Shown one piece after another: positions 27,043-36,499 of a stretch of 64,000 nt of DNA. The notes below the pieces were generated by a model, which was not told the origin of the DNA, made no database searches, and saw nothing but the letters and a program-made list of their open reading frames with translations. The position numbers and the translations under genes were made by a program. Numbering within the stretch: position 1 is the first letter of the stretch; each line of letters opens with the position of its first letter. Origin of the DNA: Myxococcota bacterium (GTDB taxonomy: Bacteria > Myxococcota > UBA4151); NCBI GenBank assembly GCA_036338695.1, contig JAYZBQ010000076.1, positions 59,625-123,624 on the forward strand, written 5' to 3'.

Positions 27043-29475
27043 GTGTCGATAGATGAAGTGGAGGTCCCCATGGAAGTCTACTTCGACCAGCAACTGATCG
27101 GCGAGACGGCGAGCGGCTCGTCGCTCACCTCCCTCATCGGGGGCGACCGGCTTGAGCTGACGGTTTGCACGCGCGTCGACGGCGTTGATGATACCCTCGA
27201 CGCGGTTTTGGCGCAGAGCAACTTGACCGGGAAGCGCCTCGATCTCTTCAGCTTTGATGGTTGGCTTGCCGAGTCGGCATCGCTGGTGACGGAGTTGATT
27301 GAGCGGATTGGTCAGAGCAGTACGGTCATCGCCGGTATGACCAGCCAGCGTGATCCGGTGGAATTGCTCGATGAGCTGATGCTCAAGCCGAAAGAGATCC
27401 TCAGCGAACTCGAAGGGGTCGCCGAACATCTTGGTCCAGAGCTGTCCGCAGCGATCGATGAGTTAAAACTCCTGAGCGTCGCTGCTGAGTCGGTTCTAGT
27501 AGCCGCTGTTCGCGACAAGGATTTCATCCGGGTCGCCGACGCGTTACGACTTGAGTGGAGCATCTTTTTGCGTGGGCTCGTCAGCTTTCTTGAGCCCGAG
27601 GTTGCCTTCGAGATACCTGCTGCTGAGCCCAGCTCTGGACTCTCACCCGAGGCACTGTATGCGCTTAATCTTGAGGCGCTTGAGGAGCGCTTTCCTCTTT
27701 TGTGCTCACCCTTGAAGGCGGCTTGGGAAGAGCGTGACGAAGAGCGTTATCGTTTTGAGGAGGGACCATCAGGGTTGCGCGCGCCGCGCATCAACAATCA
27801 GCGGATGTGGTCGGTGATGACCCCCTTGGCTGATGCTGAGCACATCGCCGCAGAGCATCGAGGCGATGCGAAGTATGCGGTATGGGATTGTGCGGTCTCA
27901 TGGGGGCTCTCGGGCGAGTTAGCGCATCAGATTTTAGCGGGTGAGATGGAGGGACGACCACAGATTTTTGTTCGACCTGACCTTCAAGCTTTTGCCGCTG
28001 AGCTGCACTGCTGTGACTGGCGACCCCTACTCGAGGCGGATCACACGATTCTGTGCACGACGGTGAGCGACTACCGCTGGACGCTCCGGAACTGCTTTGT
28101 ACACAATGACCGGATTCGTCGTTTGAGCAGTCCGAATCTTCTCGCGGTCGACCCTGAGCTGTACGTAGAGCTCCACGAACAGAGCGGACATACGGAACTC
28201 TCCTTGATCATGGAGGATTTTACCGGGATCAGTCGCGGGCGCGGTTGGGTCATCAATGAGCTTCAGAACGTCGCTGTGCTGCTTGACCAGCCCGACGCTC
28301 GCGAGCTTAAAGATATGCGTAAAGGCATGCCGGGTCTGCTGGTCGCTCCGGGACCCAGCCTGAAGAAGAATCTGCATTTGATCCCTGAGTTCGCTAAAAA
28401 AGGCGTGGTGGTCGGGGTCAGCCATGTTTTGGGTAAGTTGCAAGATATGGGCGTGGATCCCGAGCTGACGGTCGCTATTGAAGGGTATGACATCTCGAAT
28501 CACTTTGAAAACAGCGACCCGACGCGTACCTCCCTGTTCTTGCACGAGTCTACAAACCCCAACGTCGTCAATCTGCCGGTCGCACAGCGCTGGGTGGTGC
28601 ACGATGGCGGCATCGGCGCACGGCTGCGCCCGGACGAGAATCTTCGCTCCGTCAACATGGTCGCGTCGAGCTGTACGCACGTGGTCATGTGGGCGCTCAA
28701 GGAGCTCGGCTGCGACCCCATCGTCTTTGTGGGCCTGGACCTCGCGCTTGAGGACGGGCGCCAATACGCCGACGGCTGTGAGGGCACGACACCCACACAG
28801 CAAACCCTCGAGGTCGACGGATACTTTGGCGAAAAGGTTCAGACCTTATCGCAGTACAACGTCTTTCGCGACCAGTTCGAGCTCTGTATCTCGCATCCGC
28901 TCTTCTCGGACCGGCGTTACATCAACGCCACCGAGGGCGGAGCGCGCATTGACGGAACCGATCAGATGTCGCTCGCTGAGGTTATCGAGTCGCTCGCAGA
29001 GCGCCCGGATAAAGAATTGCATGGACCCCTCGTCGCTGAAGAGCATCAGCTGCCGTCCATCGATTGGTCGCTCGCCGCGCAAACGATCGAGACCAGCGCA
29101 TCGGACCTCGAAGAAGCCGAGGCGAGCGCACGTCGCGGATTGAAATCCGCTAAAGAGGCGATCACCTGCTTTAAAGCTGGCGATGAAGCGGGCGTCTCGC
29201 GCCGAGGGCGAGCCGCCTCCAAGCGAGCCAAGCGCGCCAACGAGGTGCTGACCCACGATCACATCCTCAACGGGCGCTGGATGGCTGAACAAAACAAGCG
29301 CTCTCAGCGCCTCGAGCGTGAGGTCCGCTACCTCGGCGACGACCCCAAGGCAGTGATGCGCCATAACCTCAACCACTATCAGCAGCTCCTCGCCTCCATC
29401 GAAGAGGCGACGCGCAGCTTGCGACCGCATTATGAAGAGGCGGCGAAACGAATCCGGGAGCGGCACAATGTTTGA
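27043..29475 (+). CDS. Motility-associated factor (Maf/DUF115) flagellin glycosyltransferase with an extra N-terminal domain
   Basis: LLVAPGPSLKKNL, LGCDPIVFVGLDLA, YINATEGGARIDG; lies between flagellins and pseB. Confidence 0.85.
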   Translation: MSIDEVEVPMEVYFDQQLIGETASGSSLTSLIGGDRLELTVCTRVDGVDDTLDAVLAQSNLTGKRLDLFSFDGWLAESASLVTELIERIGQSSTVIAGMTSQRDPVELLDELMLKPKEILSELEGVAEHLGPELSAAIDELKLLSVAAESVLVAAVRDKDFIRVADALRLEWSIFLRGLVSFLEPEVAFEIPAAEPSSGLSPEALYALNLEALEERFPLLCSPLKAAWEERDEERYRFEEGPSGLRAPRINNQRMWSVMTPLADAEHIAAEHRGDAKYAVWDCAVSWGLSGELAHQILAGEMEGRPQIFVRPDLQAFAAELHCCDWRPLLEADHTILCTTVSDYRWTLRNCFVHNDRIRRLSSPNLLAVDPELYVELHEQSGHTELSLIMEDFTGISRGRGWVINELQNVAVLLDQPDARELKDMRKGMPGLLVAPGPSLKKNLHLIPEFAKKGVVVGVSHVLGKLQDMGVDPELTVAIEGYDISNHFENSDPTRTSLFLHESTNPNVVNLPVAQRWVVHDGGIGARLRPDENLRSVNMVASSCTHVVMWALKELGCDPIVFVGLDLALEDGRQYADGCEGTTPTQQTLEVDGYFGEKVQTLSQYNVFRDQFELCISHPLFSDRRYINATEGGARIDGTDQMSLAEVIESLAERPDKELHGPLVAEEHQLPSIDWSLAAQTIETSASDLEEAEASARRGLKSAKEAITCFKAGDEAGVSRRGRAASKRAKRANEVLTHDHILNGRWMAEQNKRSQRLEREVRYLGDDPKAVMRHNLNHYQQLLASIEEATRSLRPHYEEAAKRIRERHNV

Positions 29476-30436
29476 CCAGGCTTCACTGCTCATCACAGGC
29501 GGAACGGGTAGCCTAGGGAACGCGCTGACCCGCTATCTACTCGACCACACGAATTTGCGCCGCGTGATCATCTACAGTCGCGACGAGCTCAAGCAGCATG
29601 AGATGCGCCAGCGCTTCGGCAACGACCCAAGATTACGGTTTTTTATCGGCAACGTGCGCGACTTAGATCGGCTCCGACGCGCTTTTACAGGGGTTGATTA
29701 CGTCATCCATGCGGCGGCGCTCAAGCAGGTCCCAGCCGCTGAATACAACCCTTTTGAGTGCATCAAGACCAACGTTTTGGGTGGGCAGAACGTGATCGAG
29801 GCGGCGCTCGACTGTGGCGTCAAGAAGTTGGTCGCTCTATCGACGGACAAAGCGTGCAATCCCATCAATTTGTACGGCGCGACCAAGCTGTGCTCCGATA
29901 AGCTTTTTGTCGCGGGTAACGCCTACGCAGGCGGTTCGGGCACCCAGTTTGCGGTGGTCCGCTACGGCAACGTCTCGGGCTCGCGCGGCTCGGTGGTTCC
30001 CTTGTTCAAACGATTCGCTGAGACGGGCGGCGAGGTCACCATCACCGATGAGCGGATGACGCGCTTTTGGATCACCATCGAAACGGCGGTTCAGCTGGTG
30101 ATGGACAGCTTTGAGCACATGGTCGGCGGGGAAATCTTTGTGCCCAAGATCCCCTCTATGCGGGTTGTGGATCTGGCACAGGCGCTGTGCCCTGGGCAGC
30201 CAATTCGGGTCATCGGGATTCGCCCGGGCGAGAAGCTGCACGAGGCGATGATCGGCGAAGACGACAGCCGCTCGGTGATCGATATGGGCGCCCGCTACGC
30301 GATCTTGCCGGAATTTGAGTGGTACAATGCGCGCCGGGATCGAGGCACGCCGGTGCCCGACGGGTTTAGCTACACCTCGGATCGCAACGAGGACTGGCTG
30401 ACGGTCGAGCAGCTCAAGGAGTTGTCGGCGCGATGA
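29468..30436 (+). CDS. pseB: UDP-N-acetylglucosamine 4,6-dehydratase (inverting)
   Basis: ITGGTGS, SRDELKQ, HAAALKQVPAAEYNPFECIKTN, LSTDKA..PINLYGATKL. Confidence 0.95.
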   Translation: MFDQASLLITGGTGSLGNALTRYLLDHTNLRRVIIYSRDELKQHEMRQRFGNDPRLRFFIGNVRDLDRLRRAFTGVDYVIHAAALKQVPAAEYNPFECIKTNVLGGQNVIEAALDCGVKKLVALSTDKACNPINLYGATKLCSDKLFVAGNAYAGGSGTQFAVVRYGNVSGSRGSVVPLFKRFAETGGEVTITDERMTRFWITIETAVQLVMDSFEHMVGGEIFVPKIPSMRVVDLAQALCPGQPIRVIGIRPGEKLHEAMIGEDDSRSVIDMGARYAILPEFEWYNARRDRGTPVPDGFSYTSDRNEDWLTVEQLKELSAR

Positions 30437-31563
30437 TCCCTTATGGACGGCATGAGCTTAGACCCGAAGACCGCGACGCAGTGCTGCGCGTCTTGGAGTC
30501 CGGTTGGCTGACCGGCGGACCGGCGGTGCAGGAATTTGAGGCGGCGCTGTCGAGCGTCTGCCAGGCGCCGCATGTCGTGAGTTGCTCGAACGGAACCACG
30601 GCGCTGCATCTGATCGCTGAGGCCATCGCGGCGCCCCCAGGCGCCTGGTGGATCTGTACGCCGAGCACCTTCGTCGCAAGCATTCAGGCAGGTATCTACG
30701 CAGGCTATCGCCCCGTTTTTGTCGACGCGGACCCGCAGACCGGACTGATCGATCTCGAGTCGTTGCGCGGCTTGCTCGAGGCGGCACGCGATCATCAGGC
30801 GGTGGTCGCTGCCGTGGTCGCTGTGGACCTGAACGGTCACTGCGTACCGCTCGAGGACCTCGTCGATTTGCTGGATATCTACGCCGTGCCCATCGTGCGA
30901 GACGCTGCGCACAGCTTGGGCGCTTTGGACGCCGGCGGGATACCGGTCGGCGGGAGCGATCGGGTGCTGGCGACGGCGCTGAGCTTTCATCCGGTCAAGC
31001 TGATCGCTGCAGCAGAGGGCGGCGCCATCGTCGGGCACGATGACGAGTTCATGGCGCGACTGCGCCACCTAAGGAGTCACGCGATGGTGCGCCAGCCTGG
31101 AACACCGAGTGATTATCGCGTCGACGCCGTCGGGTATAATTATCGCCTCTCTGACCTTCACGCCGCGCTCGGGCAGAGCCAACTGGCCAGGATCGATGAA
31201 AAGCTGGCGCGCCGGCGCGCGCTGGCGCGCCAGTATCAAACATTGCTCGCCGATGTGGACGGGGTGGAGGTCGTGTCACCATCACCTCAGACCCAGTCGG
31301 CGTGGCACCTGATGAGTGTCCTCGTCGACCCTGAGCGTCGCTGGCAGCTGATCGCTAGCTTGCGTGCGAAAGGCGTAGGCGCAGCCCATCATTACCCGGC
31401 TGCGCACCTTCAGCCGGTGTATCAAGAGTTGCTGCCAGGGTTGGAGGGTACCTGCCCTGGCGCCGAGCGTTACTGTGCGTCTCAGGTGACGTTGCCGCTC
31501 TTTGAAGAGCTGACCGAAGAACAGGTGACCGAGGTCACTGACACGCTCAAAGCGCTCCTATAA
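30433..31563 (+). CDS. pseC: DegT-family sugar aminotransferase, PseC-like
   Basis: MIPYGR, SNGTTALH, DAAHSLG, SFHPVK, GYNYRLSD; follows pseB. Confidence 0.88.
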   Translation: MIPYGRHELRPEDRDAVLRVLESGWLTGGPAVQEFEAALSSVCQAPHVVSCSNGTTALHLIAEAIAAPPGAWWICTPSTFVASIQAGIYAGYRPVFVDADPQTGLIDLESLRGLLEAARDHQAVVAAVVAVDLNGHCVPLEDLVDLLDIYAVPIVRDAAHSLGALDAGGIPVGGSDRVLATALSFHPVKLIAAAEGGAIVGHDDEFMARLRHLRSHAMVRQPGTPSDYRVDAVGYNYRLSDLHAALGQSQLARIDEKLARRRALARQYQTLLADVDGVEVVSPSPQTQSAWHLMSVLVDPERRWQLIASLRAKGVGAAHHYPAAHLQPVYQELLPGLEGTCPGAERYCASQVTLPLFEELTEEQVTEVTDTLKALL

Positions 31564-31649
31564 GCAACGCATTCGAAACGGTAAATTCGACTTTTTAGGG
31601 TTGTAAGCGGTGCGTGCATGAGTCAATCCTTCGGGCGGAGCCTTTTGAG

Positions 31650-32531
31650 ATGAGCAACCCAGTCTTGCAAGTTGGTGATCGTGTCGTGATCGTCCCTCGC
31701 TCGGGCAGCATGGCAAGCGTGCAAATCTCAGGGCGCGTCCTCGCCGCAAAGGGGACCGACGCGGTACGCATCGCCTGGGACCTCGACGGCCGAAACCCCT
31801 TTGAAAAGGGTGACGAGTTTTTGGTGATCGGGCGCGACATGCGCCGCCGCGGCACGTTCATGAGTGGTGACGTCAGCAGCGCCAATCTGGTGCTGCGTGA
31901 AGCCGCAGGAGACGGGCGCTCGAACCGGCGCTTCGCGCGGGTCGAGAGCATGCTTAAGTTTTCGTGGCGCGGGCTGAACCCCGGTGAGGTGGAAGCGCTC
32001 GAGTTTAAAGTGCGCGACGCCGTCGGTTTACGCCAAGGCTTGAGCGCAGAGAACGTGGCCGCGCCGAAGACGCAGCTCGGCGATTACCTCGAGAAGCGCC
32101 TGAGTGTGCTTGAAGAGCTCATGAGGCGTATCCTCGAGCGGCTTGAGGTGAATGACCCCGCCAGCGCCGAGTTGACCGAAGGGCTCTGTGATCTGAGCGG
32201 CTCAGGCATGGTGTTTCCCGTTGATCACGGGCACTATCGCGTAGCGGTGGCGTTTACGGCGATCAGCCCGGTCGATCAGGAGTCGATCGTCCGCTACAAC
32301 TTTCACGTCGAGCGCTCTCGGCGCCGGAAGGCGGTTGAGGGGGAGGGTCAGCACACCGAGTTTAGCGGTGAGATGCCGGCGTTGACGCTCGCTCAGAAAA
32401 AGGATCTGGCACTCTGCCCCGTGCAAGTGGGTGACTTTGTCGAGATCTCGCTGACGCTCCCGCTTGAGGTCCCAGCGGAGATTCGCGTGGTGGCGCGCGT
32501 CGTTCGCTTGGAATCCGGCGAACGCAGCTAA
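31650..32531 (+). CDS. PilZ-domain c-di-GMP effector with a rearranged C-terminal barrel
   Basis: RRFAR (RxxxR) and DLSGSG (DxSxxG) motifs; ATG 31650 follows GGAG. Confidence 0.75.
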   Translation: MSNPVLQVGDRVVIVPRSGSMASVQISGRVLAAKGTDAVRIAWDLDGRNPFEKGDEFLVIGRDMRRRGTFMSGDVSSANLVLREAAGDGRSNRRFARVESMLKFSWRGLNPGEVEALEFKVRDAVGLRQGLSAENVAAPKTQLGDYLEKRLSVLEELMRRILERLEVNDPASAELTEGLCDLSGSGMVFPVDHGHYRVAVAFTAISPVDQESIVRYNFHVERSRRRKAVEGEGQHTEFSGEMPALTLAQKKDLALCPVQVGDFVEISLTLPLEVPAEIRVVARVVRLESGERS

Positions 32532-32553
32532 CTGACCTAGAGAAGATCAGGTT

Positions 32554-32958
32554 ATGAAATTAGATCATCTGGGCATTGCGGTGCCCAACCTAGAGGAGGC
32601 GCTCGCGTTTTGGCGTGACGCGCTCGGGCTCGAGTTGACCGACGTTGAGGTCGTTGAGTCCGAAGGCGTTCGAACCGCCTTCTTGCCGGTCGGTGACGCC
32701 AGCATCGAGCTGCTTGAGCCGATGGACGACTCAGGGGTGATCGCTCGGCATATTGAGCGGCGTGGACCGGGGATTCATCACATCTGCATGAAGGTTGATG
32801 GTCTCGAGGGGCATCTTGACCGCTTGGATCGACAAGATGTCCGCTTGGTGGATCGCCAGCCGCGCCCAGGCGCCCATGGTAAAAAGGTTGCTTTTATCCA
32901 TCCAAAGTCTGCAGGGGGTGTCCTCGTGGAACTGGCGGAGCCTGGAGACGAGGCATGA
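32554..32958 (+). CDS. mce: Methylmalonyl-CoA epimerase
   Basis: DHLGIAV, IELLEP, GPGIHHIC, FIHPKSAGGVLVEL. Confidence 0.93.
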   Translation: MKLDHLGIAVPNLEEALAFWRDALGLELTDVEVVESEGVRTAFLPVGDASIELLEPMDDSGVIARHIERRGPGIHHICMKVDGLEGHLDRLDRQDVRLVDRQPRPGAHGKKVAFIHPKSAGGVLVELAEPGDEA

Positions 32959-34967
32959 AGCGTTTGATGATGTTGTTCGTGGCGGTCGGGGCCTCTCCCG
33001 CGGTCGCTCAAGAAGCCCAGGCGCCGGCGGAGGCTTCCGCCGAGGCGCCCGCCCAAAGCGCAGCCTCTGGAGAGGCGCCCGCCCCTGCAGAGCCCGAGGC
33101 ATCTCAAGAAGAGTCGCCCAAGGAAGCGGTCGAGTCCGACGCCAAGACCCAGCCGCCAGTCGCCGTCGGTTCGGGTGTCGACGTGGAGCGCTTGAAGTCG
33201 CAGCTCAAGCTCGAGCTGCTCGAAGAGCTCTCTGCGGGGCGCAGCCAGGGCGCAGGTGTGCCGGCTGATTGGGAGGAGAAGACGCTCAAGGAAGAGATCA
33301 AGCCGGCGCTGAGGACCTTTGAGGTGAACGGCTACTTCCGGACCCGTATGGACTACATGCGCAACCTGGACCTCGGCACGGCTCAGTTCAACCGGACGCG
33401 TGGGGGCTGGGATGGCTCATCCAATGTCCCGCCGGCGCTCTTTTGGGACGGTGAAGGTGCGTCCGAGTTGTCCTCGGCGAACATGCGCTTGCGGCTCGAC
33501 CCGACGCTCAACTTGAGCGAGACGGTCCAGGTCCACAGCCGAATCGATGTCTTTGACAACGTGATGCTCGGCGCCACGCCGGATTCGTTCCCAGGGTTGA
33601 TTGACAATCCGTCGTCACCGCTGTCGCTGTTCTCAGCCTCCGCGAGCGCGCCTCAGGCCGGCGTCAACGGCCCATGGAGCAGCCTTGTGGTCAAGCGAGT
33701 CTACGGCGACGTGCTGTTGCCGGTCGGGCGCCTTCGCTTCGGCCGGATGGGCTCGAACTTTGGCTTAGGGGTGCTCTCCAACGGCGGCGACGGAGACCAA
33801 GACGACGCGGGAGACAACGCGGATCGAATCATGTTCTTGACCAAGCTGAGCGGTCACATCGTGGGGCTTGGTTGGGATTTTGCTGCCGAAGGCCCGTTTG
33901 GCGCCGGCGGGGGCAACGGCGCATCGCAGCCGTATCGAGCCGGCGAGGGTCGCCAGTTCTATGACTTGGCGCAGCGTGACGACGTGGATCAGTACGTGGC
34001 GGTCGTCGCCAAGGCGGACCGCGGCGAGGCGATGACTCGTCTCTTGGCCGAGGGCAAAACCAGCACGAATTACGGCGCCTACGTGGTGTATCGAAGCCAA
34101 GCTTATGACTTCCCGACGGAGTGGTACGGCAGCCGCTACAACGGCTCGTTCCCCGGACAGGATCCGACGCAGGATGGCGGCAACGCCCCGCGGGGCGCGC
34201 TGCGGCGTGACGCCCAGGCGACCATCGCCAGCCTCTGGTTTCGGCAGCAAAACAACCGCTATCGTGTGGAGGCTGAAGCCGTCACCATTCAGGGGATGGT
34301 CGGGTCGTTCGCAACCAAGGCGGAAGACGTCGGCAACCCAGCGGTCGAGGACATCGAGATCTCTCAGCTCGGCGCTGCGCTTGAGACTGAGTACAAGCTC
34401 GCGAAGGACAAGCTCGTTGTCGGGCTCGATGCAGGCTACGCCAGCGGCGATGACTATCCTCGGTGGGGGCTGCGGCCTGGCACGGGACAGGTTGCGGCAG
34501 GGGACCGGGAAACGGGCGACACGCGTCAGTTCGGCTGCCCGGTCGGCACCGAGACCAACACCGCCAACCCCTGCTCGGCGGCGCTCGATAAGAACATCAC
34601 CAACTTCCGCTTTGATCCCTCCTACCGCGTGGATCAGATCCTGTTTCGCGAGGTCATCGGTGGGATCACCGACGCGTGGTACGTCAAGCCGCACCTCGCC
34701 TATGCGCTCAACCCAGCCTCCAAGCTCAAGGCAGCGGCGATTTATGGTCAGGCGGTTCACGCCCAGAGCACCCCGGGCGGAGAGACGCCGCTGGGGCTCG
34801 AGTTTGACCTCGGCTTGGACATCAAGCTCAAAAACCGGCTGGGCTTCGCCCTGGATTACGGCCTGCTCTTCCCCTTGGCGGGGTTGAACTACAAGGTCGC
34901 TCAAGGGAGCACCGTCGAGGCGGGCATGGCGCAGCGGGTGATGGGCACCCTGATGCTCCGCTTCTAG
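32955..34967 (+). CDS. TIGR04551-like outer-membrane beta-barrel protein
   Basis: Signal peptide, NGYFRTR, ANMRLRLDP.LN.SE, LRFGRMGS..GLG, NFRF.P.YRVD.ILFRE, C-terminal RF; family recalled, not searched. Confidence 0.75.
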   Translation: MKRLMMLFVAVGASPAVAQEAQAPAEASAEAPAQSAASGEAPAPAEPEASQEESPKEAVESDAKTQPPVAVGSGVDVERLKSQLKLELLEELSAGRSQGAGVPADWEEKTLKEEIKPALRTFEVNGYFRTRMDYMRNLDLGTAQFNRTRGGWDGSSNVPPALFWDGEGASELSSANMRLRLDPTLNLSETVQVHSRIDVFDNVMLGATPDSFPGLIDNPSSPLSLFSASASAPQAGVNGPWSSLVVKRVYGDVLLPVGRLRFGRMGSNFGLGVLSNGGDGDQDDAGDNADRIMFLTKLSGHIVGLGWDFAAEGPFGAGGGNGASQPYRAGEGRQFYDLAQRDDVDQYVAVVAKADRGEAMTRLLAEGKTSTNYGAYVVYRSQAYDFPTEWYGSRYNGSFPGQDPTQDGGNAPRGALRRDAQATIASLWFRQQNNRYRVEAEAVTIQGMVGSFATKAEDVGNPAVEDIEISQLGAALETEYKLAKDKLVVGLDAGYASGDDYPRWGLRPGTGQVAAGDRETGDTRQFGCPVGTETNTANPCSAALDKNITNFRFDPSYRVDQILFREVIGGITDAWYVKPHLAYALNPASKLKAAAIYGQAVHAQSTPGGETPLGLEFDLGLDIKLKNRLGFALDYGLLFPLAGLNYKVAQGSTVEAGMAQRVMGTLMLRF

Positions 34968-34982
34968 TCGAGGGCGTCCTCG

Positions 34983-36368
34983 TTGAGTCAGTACAGCTGG
35001 GGTGGTCGCTTCTCGGAAGGTATGGACGCGCTGGTGGCGCGGTTCAACGCATCGGTTCGGTTTGACCAGCGACTCGCTATGCACGACCTGCGCGGCTCGC
35101 AGGCGCACGCTCGGATGCTCTGCACCCAAGGCTTGATCTCAGAGGCTGAGTTCGCCGCCATCGACGAGGGCCTGCAGACGATCAAGGGGCGCATCGAGCG
35201 CGGCGACTTCGCCTGGAGCGATGCGCTCGAAGATGTGCACATGAACATCGAGGCGGAGCTCGTCGAGACCATCGGCGCCGCCGGCAAGAAGCTCCACACC
35301 GCACGCTCGAGGAACGACCAAGTCGCAACCGATATGCGCTTGTGGGTCAACGAGGCTGGCGCCGAGTTGGTCTCGGCGCTCGTCGCCTTGCGCTCCGCCC
35401 TGATCGAGCAGGCGCGGCAGCAGCAGGATACCATCCTGCCGGGATACACCCACCTGCAGCGGGCGCAACCGGTCCGCCTTAGCCACCACCTGCTCGCACA
35501 CGAAGCACACCTAGCGCGTGACACCGAGCGGATCATCGATGCGGTCAAGCGGCAGAACCTGTCGCCGCTGGGAAGCGGCGCGCTCGCCGGGACACCGCAC
35601 CCGATCGATCGCCAGCAGGTCGCTGACGCGCTCGGGTTTGACGGCGTCACGGTCAACAGCCTCGACGCGGTCGGCGCACGCGATCACATGCTCGAGCTGC
35701 TCGCCGCCTGCGCCATCGCCCAGATCGGGCTCAGCCGCCTCGCCCAGGAGCTGGTGCTTTGGTCGAGCCAGGAGTTTGCGTTCTGTACGCTCTCGGATGC
35801 GTACTGCACCGGCTCCTCGATGATGCCGCAGAAGAAAAACCCCGACATGCCGGAGCTGGTGCGCGGGAAGGCGGGGCGCGTGCTCGGTGATTTCGTGACG
35901 CTCGCGACCGTGGTCAAGGGGTTGCCCTTAGCCTATAACAAGGACCTCCAAGAGGACAAAGAGCCGCTCTTTGACGCGGTCGATACTCTGCGCGATTGCG
36001 CCACCGTGATGACCGGTACGATTGCCACCGCAGTGTTTCACGCTGACACCATGGAGCAGGCGCTGCGTGAGGGCTTTGTCGAGGCGACGGAGCTAGCCGA
36101 TGTTCTGGTTGAGCAGGGGGTCGCCTTTCGTGAGGCGCATCATCGCGTCGGCGACTTGGTCGGTGAGCTCGCCAGCGCCGGGCAGCGACTGATCGATGCG
36201 AGCGATGAGCAGCTCGAGCGGCACCTGAAGATCACCTCAACCTTGGTCCGAGGCCGGCTCGACCTCGACGCGATGATCGAGCGTCGTCAGCAGCCGGGTA
36301 GCCCGGCGCGCCGGTTTGTTCTTGAGGCGATCGAGGCCGCGGGTAAGCGGCTGGATACGCTGTCGTGA
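34983..36368 (+). CDS. argH: Argininosuccinate lyase
   Basis: WGGRF, EDVHMNIE, HTARSRNDQ, GSSMMPQKKNPD, YNKDLQEDKE. Confidence 0.97.
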   Translation: MSQYSWGGRFSEGMDALVARFNASVRFDQRLAMHDLRGSQAHARMLCTQGLISEAEFAAIDEGLQTIKGRIERGDFAWSDALEDVHMNIEAELVETIGAAGKKLHTARSRNDQVATDMRLWVNEAGAELVSALVALRSALIEQARQQQDTILPGYTHLQRAQPVRLSHHLLAHEAHLARDTERIIDAVKRQNLSPLGSGALAGTPHPIDRQQVADALGFDGVTVNSLDAVGARDHMLELLAACAIAQIGLSRLAQELVLWSSQEFAFCTLSDAYCTGSSMMPQKKNPDMPELVRGKAGRVLGDFVTLATVVKGLPLAYNKDLQEDKEPLFDAVDTLRDCATVMTGTIATAVFHADTMEQALREGFVEATELADVLVEQGVAFREAHHRVGDLVGELASAGQRLIDASDEQLERHLKITSTLVRGRLDLDAMIERRQQPGSPARRFVLEAIEAAGKRLDTLS

Positions 36369-36499
36369 GGTGGCTCGCCCTGTGGGTCGCAGTGCTCAGC
36401 GCCTGCGGCGTCAAGGGGCCGCCGATGCCGCCTGTTGGGAAACCCGCGCCGATCGATGCGGAGGGAGCGAATGAGCATGCTGACCGCAAGCAGCCTTGA
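36365..36499 (+). CDS. Small lipoprotein, LptM/YifL/LppL-like (44 aa, absent from the ORF track)
   Basis: Manual translation MRWLALWVAVLSACGVKGPPMPP...; lipobox LSAC plus CGxKGP motif; GTGA overlap with the argH stop. Confidence 0.8.
   Translation: MRWLALWVAVLSACGVKGPPMPPVGKPAPIDAEGANEHADRKQP

Noticed and set aside
33765..35129. 454-aa minus-strand ORF
   Set aside because: Antisense shadow of the TIGR04551-like gene and argH; no motifs; typical of high-GC DNA
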